From assembly GCF_001194135.2 (NCBI RefSeq), contig NC_068981.1, positions 139,643,337 through 139,685,835 of the forward strand: DNA of 42,499 nucleotides, read 5' to 3'. A program made the position numbers and the translations under genes. Every line of letters begins with the position of its first letter. Within the stretch, counting starts at the first letter, position 1. The DNA comes from Octopus bimaculoides (lineage: Eukaryota). Below, one piece after another: positions 12,186 through 25,744 of the stretch. The notes beneath the pieces were generated by a model. It saw only the letters and a list, made by a program, of their open reading frames with translations. It had not been told where the DNA came from and did not search any database.

Positions 12186-12629
12186 ATCTCCGCCTTAGCG
12201 AAAGAGGTGGGTATTGTTTTCAGTCGCGTATGTTTGGGATAGATCCGGTTCCGGACAAGGATTCTGGATTATTTGTTATATTTACATTACGTGATTACGA
12301 TCTTACGTTACGATCTTAACTTTCAAGTCTTTCTGATTTATCTCCCTTTAGGCTGTATCTATTTTGAATGGTGAATTTGTTAACTTTATTACTGTTACTA
12401 AATTTTCTATAGCCACCTTCACATTCCATGACTGCCATTGGGATCAATCAGATACCGGACACGGTTTCTGGATTATTTTTCCGGTCTTTTCTACTTAATT
12501 TTTGAGAGCGGTCGAGCTCATTTTTAGTATTCTTGTTTGTGAGAGCAGTCGAGTTTATTTCAGATATTCTCATTTTAAAAATCATCTCTGGCTAATCGTT
12601 CAGATGACGTTGGTGTTGCTCTAGCGGAG

Positions 12630-12631
<2 letters not shown>
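12186..12631. mobile_element. Putative non-autonomous DNA transposon with short terminal inverted repeats
   Basis: Left end atctccgccttag; right end ctagcggagat (reverse complement atctccgctag). An internal direct repeat gatccggttccggaca..ctggattatt / gataccggaca..ctggattatt is present. No TSD seen. Confidence 0.45.
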
Positions 12632-12662
<31 letters not shown>

Positions 12663-13489
12663 TACAGAATGTCAACACAAGTGTTAGGATTACATACGAA
12701 ACGCTTCTATATAAAATAGAATTGTTTTAATAATAATCCCCTCGAATTTTAAAAGAAGAAAGAATATGTTTTTCTCAGTCGAGTTTTGAAGGTTATAGAT
12801 GGCAGACACTGCTAGCTGAATGGTCAAAGCTGACACTACAATCTGGCTGTTTTTTTTTTTTTATCTTTTGCAGAAGATACTTAAGTCATGGTTTATTCCC
12901 CACATTTCCACCATCATTTTTAGAGGCCATACAAAAGACAATGGCTACTGTTTTACTCCTTTGGCTAAACTATATAAAATTAAAAAGAAAATCTTTTATT
13001 ATTTCCACCAGCTTATCACCTTGTTTGTGTTATGCCACTTAACACTTATTAGATAATCCCGCTTAACTGTAAACATAGGAAAAAGTATATTTTATCAGGC
13101 TCGTTAAAGACCCATGAATTTAATTGCATCGTTTTCAAAGGTATCAAATACTTAAAAAATAAGAATCAGAATGCCTCACTAAATATATTAAAGTACATTG
13201 CACAGTGACCGAAAATATATTGATTCAGTCGTGTACAATCATGACAAAACTGGTTTTCCATTGCAAAGAAACAAATATATAACTGAAAAGAAAGGAAAAT
13301 TATTGTAGTACAATGCGTTTAGCTTTTGTTGATGCTTAACTCAGGATAAGGTCTGATTGAGAAAGCCTTCGAAGGAAAGTATCTTTTTTTTAATAACCAT
13401 TTCGTCATAACTCTGATATACATACGAACAGACATATATACATAAATGCATAGTAACATACGTGATCTTTCTCAAACAGATACACGGAC

Positions 13490-13606
13490 ATGTGTGTGTG
13501 TGTGTGTGTCTGTTGAAAGACAGACAGAGAGAGAGCGAGAGAGAGGGAGGGAGGGAGGAAGAGAAAGAGAGAGAGAGAGGGAGGAAGAGAAAGACAGACA
13601 GACAAA

Positions 13607-13651
<45 letters not shown>

Positions 13652-14009
13652 GTAGTAGTTAATGTGTCATATGTCTATTACTCAGAGTTTCTTTGGGGCG
13701 AAGCCACTTGTCTAATCGTACAGAGACCCGCTAGCTCTCTTATTCGTTTTGGGAGTTTGTTGCTTATTTGTGTGTGTATGTGCATGTGTGTGTGCGTGCG
13801 CACATGCGTGTGCGAGCATATATATATATGCATACATGCACACACACACACGCTGTATATCTATATATAAATCTATATATATTGACGCAAACAAAGATAA
13901 AATATATTTATTAAAAGTATGATTGCAGCTTTGGTTCCATTTTCATGTTTGTGTGTGTGTGTCTGTGTATGTATATATGTATGTATGTAAGTATGTATCT
14001 ATGTATGCG

Positions 14010-14065
<56 letters not shown>
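13490..14065. repeat. Cluster of (TG)n, (GA)n, (TATG)n and (CA)n microsatellites
   Basis: Direct inspection. Confidence 0.9.
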
Positions 14066-15043
14066 AACACAGTCGGGCAAAGCGTGAGAGACGTGCGCAA
14101 GAGAAAGACATGAGAGTTAGAATATGTTACTAAATGAGGAAGGTGGGAACGGCAGCATCTAGGATTGGTTTATATATAATGAAATCTAAAAGCGAAGCAA
14201 AAAAAAAAAGAAGAAACGAAAAACTATCTGGAAATGTTTAGGTTACACAACGATTCTTCTTTTTTTGAAACTTATCTTTATTCAAAGAATACATCATCTT
14301 TCTCACAACGAAAAAGAAATAAGCTTCTGCGAAAATTAATTCCAATGCTGATATGTNNNNNNNNNNNNNNNNNNNNNNNNNNNNNNNNNNNNNNNNNNNN
14401 NNNNNNNNNNNNNNNNNNNNNNNNNNNNNNNNNNNNNNNNNNNNNNNNNNNNNNNNNNNNNNNNNNNNNNNNNNNNNNNNNNNNNNNNNNNNNNNNNNNN
14501 NNNNNNNNNNNNNNNNNNNNNNNNNNNNNNNNNNNNNNNNNNNNNNNNNNNNNNNNNNNNNNNNNNNNNNNNNNNNNNNNNNNNNNNNNNNNNNNNNNNN
14601 NNNNNNNNNNNNNNNNNNNNNNNNNNNNNNNNNNNNNNNNNNNNNNNNNNNNNNNNNNNNNNNNNNNNNNNNNNNNNNNNNNNNNNNNNNNNNNNNNNNN
14701 NNNNNNNNNNNNNNNNNNNNNNNNNNNNNNNNNNNNNNNNNNNNNNNNNNNNNNNNNNNNNNNNNNNNNNNNNNNNNNNNNNNNNNNNNNNNNNNNNNNN
14801 NNNNNNNNNNNNNNNNNNNNNNNNNNNNNNNNNNNNNNNNNNNNNNNNNNNNNNNNNNNNNNNNNNNNNNNNNNNNNNNNNNNNNNNNNNNNNNNNNNNN
14901 NNNNNNNNNNNNNNNNNNNNNNNNNNNNNNNNNNNNNNNNNNNNNNNNNNNNNNNNNNNNNNNNNNNNNNNNNNNNNNNNNNNNNNNNNATATATGTATA
15001 TATTTACAAATATATATGTATGTATATATATATATATATATGT

Positions 15044-15075
<32 letters not shown>

Positions 15076-15224
15076 GCACAGTCACACACATTCATACTCA
15101 CAGAAAGGCACGCAGAGGCAAATATACGCAGAGTGAAAAACACGCTCTCACGGTGATACACGCACAGAAACACATGCATGCATACATATCTACATTAAAT
15201 GTAGTTTTCTGGTCTTTCTTTTCT

Positions 15225-15490
15225 TTCGTTAGCATAATCATAATCGTCAACGTCGACATGTTTTGTTTAGTCGTCGTCTTCGCCTCCGTTGCCGTTATCC
15301 TCATCATATTCATCATTACCATCTTCTTTTATTATTATTATTCTTTATATTATTTATGTTAAGTCATCATCATCCTCATCCTCGTCATTTTCCACGTCAT
15401 CACTGTTATCTTGGATGTTCACAACGACGGCGACGACAACGACGATCACCTACCTTCCCTCTTCCCTCTCCTCCTCATCATCATCATGAT
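15225..15490. repeat. Degenerate trinucleotide low-complexity tract (ATC/GTC/ATT/ACG)
   Basis: Direct inspection. Confidence 0.8.
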
Positions 15491-15724
15491 CACTTTTTTT
15501 TTCTATTCTTAATATCGTTTGCTAAATTTTGCATTTCCTGCTGTTAGTAGCGATCTCTGATATCTGAAGTTCAGTGCCATACGGATCTGTTTCCTTGTCC
15601 TCTGCCTGCTCTTCCGACATTCACTCGTGATAAATGACGTGCCAGTTAAATACAGGTATTCCTGTATTTATATATCTACTTCAAATCTGACCAGTAACTT
15701 TCTGAATGACAAAACCCCCACTTT

Positions 15725-17460
15725 TCGCAGTTTCCAATGTAGCACTTTCGCTACCTGATCATGTCGCCACAACTTGTAGTGGCAGAGCTGGACATCCTGG
15801 TCCAGTCTGTCTGGATTTTCTCCACTGATATTAAGATGGAATTTTGGTCCTCAAATTATGTTACGATGCTGATGAGACGAGGAAAGCTTGTCAAGAAAGA
15901 AGGCATGGGTTTATATTTCTCATTTTCGGTAACTCCTTTTGGGGTTTGTTCATACCACGTCTTTGCTCTTTGTAGGTCGTGGTTTCCACAGAGCTCCCAA
16001 TGGATCATTCTTGCCACGTTGTCATGGCATATCGTTTGTATTCGCGTTGTGCCAATTTCGGGAATTCACTAACGATGTGCCTTAAGGTTTCACCCCCCTC
16101 CCCCTTACCACACATTCTGCGTTTGTCGCTATCGGTAGTGTTGTCAATTCTGCACTTCATATAATTGGTCCATAACGCTTGTTCCTGAGCTGCGCATATG
16201 AGTGCTTCTGTCTCTATCTTCAGGTCACTCCTCATCCATAGTCATCGGTCCTCTGTATCTGTCTTGGCGCTCACATCTCTTTCAAACTGACCATACATTT
16301 TTTTTTCCTACCACGCTTTTTTTTGTTCATTTCTTGTTTAATTTTTTCTTTATTTACACAGTTTCAGTTTTGATGACGCCGGCCTTCTTCGTGTATTTCA
16401 ACAGTGGCTCCACGGCATTTTTTATATACCATCCTAGCCTGTTTACTTCTACTTTGATACAGTCCTCGCAACTGATCAAACCTCTTTCACCCTTTCATCT
16501 GGACAAGTTCAGCTTATCGGTGTCAGTCTTAAGGTGGTAGGCTCCGTGTACTGTCAACATTTTTCTGGTTTTGGTATCCATTTCTCCCTTCATTTCTCAC
16601 TTTTGCCTTTTTACAATTCCCGCTCCATACTGAAGTTATACTAACGCCCACGTATTAACTGCTTGGATTTTATTCCATCCAGTCAATTTTGAGTGCAACA
16701 CCAACCTCAGTCTTCGGAAATTTGGATTCAAGAGGTGCGGAGTAATCTACTTAAAAAGAGGCAAGGTATAGGCCCCAGGAGGGATAGAATTGCCGAAGAG
16801 AAATTTCATGAAACAAATCTTTGAATTTCAAGCAGTTCATTATCTTGTTGGCTCATTTCCCCTGCATGTCCACCCACCATAGTATCAGGGTTCACTGCAT
16901 AACGTTCCTGTTCCTCACCCTTAATAGCCCCATCACCATTCCCCTGTTCCCCCTGTCTACTCTTATCCCTGCTTTCAACTCCTACTTCTCTGTTTTCAAC
17001 TCCGACCATCCTTTGTAGCCCATCCGCAGGGTCTCGCAGACTCTCAGTAATCTGAAATATTTCTACTCCAGTTAAGTAACCCTTCGTTCTAATCACTCTC
17101 ACTTGGTTCATTAGTTTATTTTCTGTCATTGGACACATGTTCTTTTCTGTCCAAGAATTTCAAGGTACGTCGGTCTATTCCACGACTTCTCTTCAGCATT
17201 GCTCTTTCATGACATTCAATAAGTGTATCGTACACTTCCTTCGTCCACTTACGTCTATTTTTGCGCACACCGTGTATGTGATCTGTTGTAGCATAGCAAC
17301 CGTTCGAGACCAGATCACTGCCCCTGATGCGGACGGGTTCGGACGTGCTGGGCGGGAAACCTTCACCATGATCAGCTATAGCTTCATTCTTGCCGTTAAC
17401 TCTTTCCTTGTTGTGTTGCATCATGATTTCATAAGTCGTTCGTGGGTTTCCCACGCGAGT
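15725..17460 (-). mobile_element. R4/Dong-clade (RLE-type) non-LTR retrotransposon mosaic, internally deleted, with two plus-strand RT pieces
   Basis: Minus strand: RRKWTKE...IECH and ENKLMNQVRVIRTKGYL (N-terminus); KLTGWNKIQAVNTWA...YGAGIV...HGAYHLKTDTDKL...GGRGLISCEDC; LKIETEALICAAQEQAL; RMCG..GETLRHIVSE.PKLAQREYKR; NVARMIHWELC. Plus-strand pieces at 15781-15910 and 16718-16820. Confidence 0.9.
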
Positions 17461-17521
17461 TGTTATTGAGATCCCATCTCTCTCTTCCTCTCTTTATTTG
17501 TATATACACGTGCAGATGTAT

Positions 17522-17607
<86 letters not shown>

Positions 17608-18349
17608 CGTGCTTGCCTCCATAACCACAGTGATTATCATTACCACCATTGTTCTACCTATTGATTTAAAATTATCAATAATAATATGGGTCCCGGTATA
17701 CTGCAGCAGATATTCGTCACTATTTATCAAATACTCGGCAAGCGTTCTTTTTCACTCCTAATAAAATGGTCTATAGTATAGACTCTATACTAATCAGTCC
17801 TCTGCAACCATTCTTTCTTTTCATATACAGTCTCTTTACGTTTGCAGTTAACACTTAATATTATCTTTTTCGCTCCCTGCATGAATGGTAATCCAGGGGT
17901 CATTCTCAACTAATATTTAGTTCCTTTACTGGCTATTTCAAGTACTCCCACAATCACTGGTTTTGTAACCGTCATCATAGTAGGAGAAAGAGAAACAGCT
18001 TGGTGAATAGACCAAATTCTATACGTCGGTAAGTACACTCGGTAGATGTCTTTCTGTGCGATAAGGAGACAAAAGAGGCCTCACACCCTTGAGGTCAGCA
18101 GACGTCAAATATGTTTACTACTACTAGCGATCAATCAGAGCGCTGAGTTCGGTCCTGAAAAGAACCGGTTGACCATGTTCTATTTTTAATTACTAATAGA
18201 AATATATATATGTATATGTATATATATATGTATATGTATATATATATGTNNNNNNNNNNNNNNNNNNNNNNNNNNNNNNNNNNNNNNNNNNNNNNNNNNN
18301 NNNNNNNNNNNNNNNNNNNNNNNNNNNNNNNNNNNNNNNNNNNNNNNNN

Positions 18350-18750
18350 ATTCTTTTATTTGTTTCAGTCATTTGACAGCAGCCATGCTGGAGCACTGCC
18401 TTTTTAGTCGAGCAAATCGACCCCACGATTTATTCTTTGTAAGCCTAGTACTTATTCTATCGGTCTCTTTTGCCGAACCGCTAAGTTACGGGGACGTAAA
18501 AACACCACCATCTGTTGTCAAGCGATGTTGGGGGCCAAACACAGACTTACAGACATACACACACATACATATACATATACATATATACGACGGGCTTCTT
18601 TCAGTTTCCGTCTACCTAATCCACTCACAATGCTTTGGTCGGCCCCAGGCTATAGTAGAAGACACTTACCCAAGGTGCCACGCAGTGGAACTGAACCCGT
18701 AACCATGTAGTTGGTAAGCAGGCTACTTACCACACAGCCACTCCTGCGCC
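18350..18750 (-). mobile_element. SINE family A, near full length
   Basis: Minus-strand head ggcgcaggagtggctgtgtggtaag...gggttcagttccactgcgtggcacc with A/B-box-like motifs; internal (TG/TA) tract; tail gcatggctgctgtcaaatgactgaaacaaataaaaga. Confidence 0.9.
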
Positions 18751-18924
18751 TATGAGAGTTTTAAAATTCACTAAAGATGATCTTTTGTATGTCTGAACAG
18801 AGAAAACTGTAGTGTTCTTAGAATAAAAAGGATGTTTACATTTTCGAATACTCAGGGAGAAAGGAAAGGATAGGTTTTCACAGAAGTTGTAGATAGTAAA
18901 ATTTTTAAAGCTGATTGTTTATGT

Positions 18925-19045
18925 ATCATCATCATCATCATCACCACCACCACCACCACTACCACCACTACCGTCATCATCTTCATCATCATCACCACCA
19001 CCACTACGACCACCATCATCATCATCATCATCATCATCATTCTTA
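18925..19045. repeat. (CAT)n/(CAC)n trinucleotide tract
   Basis: Direct inspection. Confidence 0.9.
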
Positions 19046-19384
19046 TTATTACTTTATTTATCAGAGTTCTTTCTTCACACTTTCTTTGACCACTTTCTGC
19101 TTTCTGGACCACGTGTCCCCTCTTGGCTTGTTTCATTTTCTTTCTACTTACCGAAGTTCATATTGATATATTTAATTAAAAGAACACGAGAAAGGTTAAT
19201 CGGAAATCATTATGCAATGGAAAGCGAAGAACTTAACATAACTTATATAATTTTCAATTTTCTCAGCAGGTACAGCAGAAAACACTGAATATATTTTAGT
19301 TTAGTTATAATTTGGCTCAAAACGCATATTATTCACTGTATTTGTCGAACCAGTTATAATAAAATTATTAAAGAACATGCTTAG

Positions 19385-20160
19385 AAATGGGCATCAGGGA
19401 CATTGACGGAACAAGCGGCGAGAACATCAATGGCGCGCAACTTACACATCTCCGATTCGCAGAGGACATTGCATTCATCGTTGAAAACATAGACTAGCTA
19501 CAGATTATGCTGACAAAGCCGGACACTCAGAGCTTAACAATAAGTCTTAAAATGAGGTACATGGAAACAAAACATATGCAGTCGGAAGACGTAGCACAAG
19601 GCCGAATAGAGGTGGTGACGGATGAAATAGAAGAGGTAAAGGAGTACGTCTACTTAAGGCTCACAATGAACATGTGCCGAAATATGGATGCTGATATCTG
19701 AAAGAGAATAAAGCAATGTGGAAGGCATTTACCTCCATAAATGATGTGCTTAAAACAAATATAGAAAACACCGTACCATAGAGACCCTTCAATTGCACCG
19801 TCCTACCTGTGCTCTTATACGTAAATGAAAGGTGGGTTACTACGATGAAGATACAACATCGATTGGCTACGATGCAAAGAGCCACAGGAAGATCCATGTT
19901 AGGAACATCCTCATGAGAGCATATTCGAAATGTGATAATTCGAGAATGGAGCGGAGTGAATGATGTGATCGTAGAAAACCGAAACCACAAGTCCCACTGA
20001 GCTACACATGTCCTATGACTCACAGATAACAGGTGGACCGAAGCAGTTGCCGAGTGGTATCCAAGAGACAGCAAAAAGACCAACTGGAACGCTTCCACTA
20101 CTACGATTTGGGTCAAGATGGAAAAGAATGACGCAATGAAGAGGGAATTGGAAACACATT
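19385..20160 (+). mobile_element. RTE-clade LINE, 3' RT fragment (pseudogenised)
   Basis: NINGAQLTHLRFAEDI; IEEVKEYVYL; RIKAMWKAF; FNCTVLPVLLY..E.W; QRATGRSMLG; DNRWTEAVAEWYPR. Confidence 0.9.
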
Positions 20161-21143
20161 GTTACCAGCGGTGTACAATGATGGTTTGGTCGATACTGTG
20201 ATACTGTGATTAAAGAACATTGCACTGACTAGAATAGAAAATTCAAAATATTTAATGAATAAGTACCTTGCACATGTTTGATATAACATTAACGTATTTA
20301 ATTCATGATAAACCAAAAAGTAGACTAGAAAGAAACACTGAAAAATAAAAATAAAAGTAGTAGGTAACTGATATTATGTTCATTTATTTGAAAATAATGG
20401 GACTCAACTCCAGATATGCTTTGTGATTATTATGGTATTATCATGGAGATACAGTCTTCGCCGTATTTGCCGAAAAATCAAAAGGCTTATTAAGGAAGTG
20501 TACCAAACTGCATTTTGATTGGCGTAAGAAATTATAATTATATATAAAATAAATGAGTACGGAAAATCCTCATGGAAAACAATATTTAAAATGGAGTTAA
20601 AAGATTTAACGAAGAGAGCATTAACATATACTGAACCTTGCTTTGAAAGACCACGAAATATAAATATTCTATTTCGCTGCTTTCACTGGAGAATTTAATC
20701 CTTCCAATAGTGCCTATTTAAAACTTGCTAAATTCAGCTATTTATAATATAATGTCATTTTAACAGTTACAAGGAACAACCGACCTTCTAATCCGTAGCT
20801 TCATGCAAAGTTATGAAATCATTATTAAGTAGAAAAATTTTGCGAATTTTACACATGAGTATCAAATGTGTACGAAATGAGAAGCAATACTATTTGGAAA
20901 GTAATAAGTCTTGTGCAACTAAATTTACGTAAGTTAAATTTTAGATAAATACCAGTAAGTCAGTGAGCTTAATTGCCTCCATTGCTGCTGCAACAGTTTC
21001 TACTCAAAATAAAATCGCATTCACGATTTTATTTTGGCAGGATTTTGTTGCCTATCGATCAAATGAAAAATGAACGCTCAACTAAACAGGAACTTGAGGG
21101 TTCGAATTCTCTCGGAACTTTTATTTTGTTACTAATTATTTTT

Positions 21144-21315
21144 CGGCGCAAGCATAACTGTGTGGTTAAGAAACACGCTTTGCTACCACATCGTTTCGGG
21201 TTCAGTCCTATCGCGCTGCACATTTGGGCAAGTGACTTCTATTGTGGCTTCGGGCTGACTAATGTGTGCATCTGATAGACGGAAATTCAATGGTAGCCAG
21301 TCGTGTGTGTGGGTT

Positions 21316-21365
<50 letters not shown>

Positions 21366-21626
21366 ACTGTCAGACGGGACCTTGATGACTGCTATAAAGC
21401 AGGAAAGTATACTAGTCCTCGTGTATTTAATACTGAATATTTCCTTTATTCAATAAGACATTCAATACTTCATTTCATTTTACTATTTATATTAAATATT
21501 CCATATTCTATATCCCTTCTTTTATTTGTAAGAATATAAATAAAACATAAAAAAACAGAGTTGGAACTTTTTTCAATAATATACTCCTCTATACACTATC
21601 ATACATATACATATGTATATATATGT

Positions 21627-21709
<83 letters not shown>

Positions 21710-21990
21710 TGTGTATGTGTGTGTATGCGTGTGTCAGCGTTGTGTGTATGTTTGTGTGTGTGCATGTTGTGCATGTTTATTTGTGTCTGTGTCCATATTT
21801 GTCTCATTGTTGGACAACCGGTGTTTGTTTTTATTTTCTTAACTAAGCATATCGGCAAAAGAGACGGTTCCTAAAAGTACCATACATTGAAACGAACATA
21901 AGTACTGTGTCAGTCTATACGACAAAACAACTCAGGCGGTGTCTCAGCATGGCTGCTATCCAATGATTGAAACAAGGAAAAGATAAAAGA
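21144..21990 (+). mobile_element. SINE family A, degenerate; head (21144-21310) and tail (21780-21990) separated by expanded microsatellite and AT-rich DNA
   Basis: Head cggcgcaagcataactgtgtggttaag...gggttcagtcc; tail ggcaaaagagacgg...ggcggtgtctcagcatggctgc..tgattgaaacaag. Confidence 0.7.
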
Positions 21991-22717
21991 TACAGAAATT
22001 AAATTCTACTGACGAACGTTCCTGAACCATAGTTTTAAACATCATTCACTAGAGCCTCCTGAAACAAGGCTGCAAGAAAGAGCGAATAATGCATATACAC
22101 GCAAAGTCACTGGAGCATTTTGCTTTCCAACAAATTTATAGTAAAGTTGAATTAAATAGAACCATGTAACATTCATTGCTTTCGAGTCAAACAGATTTAA
22201 TTGGATCTGTACTTTTCTATAATGTGTATGAAGCAATTAATATAACCGATGAATTTCCATTCACTTTCTTTCTTCCAGCTAAATTAGAAGTTGGGGCAAA
22301 GATCGAAAGAAATCAACAAAGAATGATTTCGCAAACGCGCTGAGAATACTTGGAGATTATATAGTATCAAAATAATAAATAAATGAATATATATATATAT
22401 ATATATATAAATATATATATATANNNNNNNNNNNNNNNNNNNNNNNNNNNNNNNNNNNNNNNNNNNNNNNNNNNNNNNNNNNNNNNNNNNNNNNNNNNNN
22501 NNNNNNNNNNNNNNNNNNNNNNNNNNNNNNNNNNNNNNNNNNNNNNNNNNNNNNNNNNNNNNNNNNNNNNNNNNNNNNNNNNNNNNNNNNNNNNNNNNNN
22601 NNNNNNNNNNNNNNNNNNNNNNNNNNNNNNNNNNNNNNNNNNNNNNNNNNNNNNNNNNNNNNNNNNNNNNNNNNNNNNNNNNNNNNNNNNNNATATATAT
22701 ATATATATATATAGTTA

Positions 22718-23655
22718 CGATGGTAAGTCAAAAACTATATGCACACTTGTTTCTGTAATCTATTAAAGCAACAGGACTCGAACAAAATAATCTTATTGCT
22801 CTTAGATGCACTTCTTCGAGTGTCTCACAAGTTTGCTTATTTTATCGGAGAAGAAGGATTTTGGTTCGCTGTGCAGCCATTTATGCACACCCTCCGGCGC
22901 TTCTTCGTCCATAGAGAATCGACCATTTCGTAAAGGTTGCTTGAGCAGTCAAAAGAGGCGATAGTTGGGCAAGGACAAGATCTGGACTGCAAGCAGGGTG
23001 TTCCAATAATTAGAAATTCAATTTCCTAATGGGCTTAACAGTGTGGGTCGTCGTATGTGAGCGCGCATTGTCACTTTAACAGCCGTTTTCACAGTCGAAT
23101 TGTTGCGAAATGTTGGTTTCATTTTGTTGGCCAACATTTCACTGTAGCCTACACTGGTGCCTTCAGACTCCTTTTCTCGTTAATGTTGAAGTACAGGCCC
23201 TTTTGCATTTCCAAAAACGTTAGCATTACTTTTTCGTTGGAAAGTTGAACCTTGCATTTCTTTTCCGTTAGGTTACCGAATGTTCCCACTCCACACACTG
23301 CCCCTCTTGGATTCTAGCTCAAAGTGATAGATCCAAGTCTCATCTCTTGTGTATATTCTCTTCAAAACGCTTTGCCTTCATCGTTGTAGTGGTCATGTAA
23401 ACGTCGACAGATCTTCACATGCTTGTGCTTATACGCTTTAATAAATTCTTTGGCACCATCTCACACAGGCTTTATAGATACGAAGCTTGTGGATGATTTT
23501 CTAAGTAAAACCATGACTAATTTGCAGAGATGCCACCTTACTGATGGCCAGTCGCCGGTTCGCCAGAGTCATCACTCAAGCTTCTTGAGTCTTCATGCCT
23601 CTGGTGGAAGTTGGTGGGCGTTCTGTTCCGTCTTTGCGCTTCACCTGTCTCCGTC
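22718..23655 (-). mobile_element. Degenerate mariner (DD34D) transposon with 3' TIR
   Basis: ERPPTST; ANRRLAI; KACVRWVPK.L; TRDETWIYHFE; DNARSH; HPACSPDL; WLHSEPKSFFSD. TIR-like cgatggtaagtcaaaaacta follows TA at 22716-22717. Confidence 0.9.
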
Positions 23656-23989
23656 CATAATTTTTTTAAAAACGTCTCTTTTCTATATTCCATTATTTTT
23701 TAAAATCGATATTCCATTATTATTATGTTTATATATCTATATATCTATATGTACACGTATATTTTTAGTATTCATATATTTTTATATATCTTTATTTTTA
23801 TATTTCTAATATATCAACATATGTTGCAGATTGGGCATTTCTTATTTTACTACCCTAATTTAACCGATATATATTATGTGTTAATCGTAATCTGCCTGAT
23901 TTGAACCTTTTCTATCGTATTTATTATACTTGTCTAGCGCTTCGGTTTCGACTTGGAGCACTTCTACCCTATCTTTTTCGAAAGAAAAT

Positions 23990-24022
<33 letters not shown>

Positions 24023-24220
24023 ATATGCATGCATGTATGTATGTATGTATGTATGTATCTATCTATGTATGTATGTATGTATGTATGTATGTATCTTTCT
24101 ATCTGAATACACGTACGTAGTACTTAATATGCTTGCTTGTGCGTACGCATGATTCTATGTATGTGTGTATGCGTATGTGTGTGTGTATGTGTGTGTGTGT
24201 GTGTGTGTGTGTATTTATGT
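23990..24220. repeat. Compound (TA)/(TG)/(TATG) microsatellite
   Basis: Direct inspection. Confidence 0.9.
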
Positions 24221-24649
24221 GTGTATCGGAGGCATTATTTTCGAATTACAGGCATTATTTCGAATTACAGGCTTTGTGAGTAAATTCTATTACGCTGGTC
24301 GAATAGGATGCGAAAAGTAAAGCAATGGTGGTTTTTGTTAATAAAATGCCATTTTTTGTCGTATAATAGTATTATAGAATAACATATGCGATCTGTGGAA
24401 AGCCCTCTACAGTTAAGATTTCTGTTTGATTTGTGTGAACACTTAATATGATATTTTATTGATAGTTTGCTTGAATCGGAAACTTTGTATTGAGGATAAT
24501 TATGCGAAGCAACTAAGGTGTGCACCATTTCAATTGGGAATCTTTCAATAGTTAACGGACTCTTCAAAGGAACTTTAAGTAGTCTTATGAAGTATGAAAT
24601 ATGTATGATATAAAGATTAAAGCTCGGATTGCATTCAGCAGTTCTTGAT

Positions 24650-24990
24650 ATCCATCCATCTTCTTCGCCCACACACGGGGACAGAGCCCGCAGGTAACTC
24701 ATCCAAACAGTCCTACCAAAAGTAACTGTCTTTATAGTTTCCAGTTGGATTTCCTCCCATGACCAACTGAGACTGAATATTACTCAAGTACCTCGTTCTT
24801 AGTCTACCCCTGGATCTTTTGCCGGTTGACTCAGCTTGAAGAATCAGTCTTGCGATTGTTCCCTACGACCTTCTAATCACGTGTCCGTAGTACTCCCAGT
24901 GAGAAGTTGCGATTTGACTTGGAGAGACTCCTTAATCTCCACTCTACACACCCTATCGAGTAACGTTAAACTAGTGATCATTCGGGGTAC
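24650..24990 (-). mobile_element. RTE-clade LINE extreme 3' end
   Basis: WEYYGHVIRR...ARLILQAESTGKRSRGRLRTRYL, then WMSYLRALSP and a gatggatggat tail typical of RTE 3' ends. Confidence 0.75.
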
Positions 24991-25744
24991 TCTATTTAGG
25001 CCCCTTGTATTCTCGATGGTAGTTTTTCGGTCAAATTTTAAATTAACACCTGCTGAATTCTCGTTCAAATAATTTTCCTATTAACGTGAATATAAAATGC
25101 ATTTCTTGATTGCAAATATATCTAATTAGCTTAAAATTTCCATTATATAGTACAATGTGTGTTGAGGTAACTGTATCAGAATTTTATAGATCGATTATAT
25201 GCAGCAGTCAGACAAAATTCATACCACCTCTGAAATCAAAGAACCGTAAATAGAAAATATATTCTCATTAGTACTAAAAACAAAACAAATGAGAACCACA
25301 AATCACTCCAATAAGAATAAAATTCTGTAATTATGAAGTAAATTAAAAAGTAGGCAGCAGCAAAATAGAAATTCTTATGTAATTGTCCGACAATTATACA
25401 ACAGGTATTTCGTATTAACGGTCACAACATATATGATTAACTGGAAATACGATGTAACAATCGTGGGGGGAAATGTTATTTATTCTAAAACTCTGTAGAC
25501 GGATTAAAACAAAACAATGTCTGACATTTAGCAGTTAAGTTCCGTTAATTGGTAAACATTTTCACAAGTGCAAGAAATTATATAACTATTCATGTGTATG
25601 AAAGACCTTACGCATTAATATAGACAAATTCATTTAAGCGTAAATGGATCGAGCGGTGTTAAGAAATATATACTTGCGAATACATTGTTAGGTAAGTACA
25701 TAGTTTTCGCGAAATTTCTAATCTAAAGATACCCCGCACGCCAC

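Noticed and set aside
17942-18033. Candidate exon ending at GTAAGT (open frame YSHNHWFCNRHHSRRKR...)
   Set aside because: Weak acceptor and no recognisable protein; RNA-seq would be needed.
18915-19166. Histidine-rich ORF
   Set aside because: It is a translation of a (CAT/CAC)n microsatellite, with no splice or expression support.
21005-21036. 13-bp perfect hairpin caaaataaaatcg-cattca-cgattttattttg
   Set aside because: AT-rich and isolated; not clearly beyond chance in 42 kb.
24229-24270. Short tandem duplications (aggcattatttcgaattac x2; also 7055-7095 and 12287-12320)
   Set aside because: Ordinary slippage duplications.
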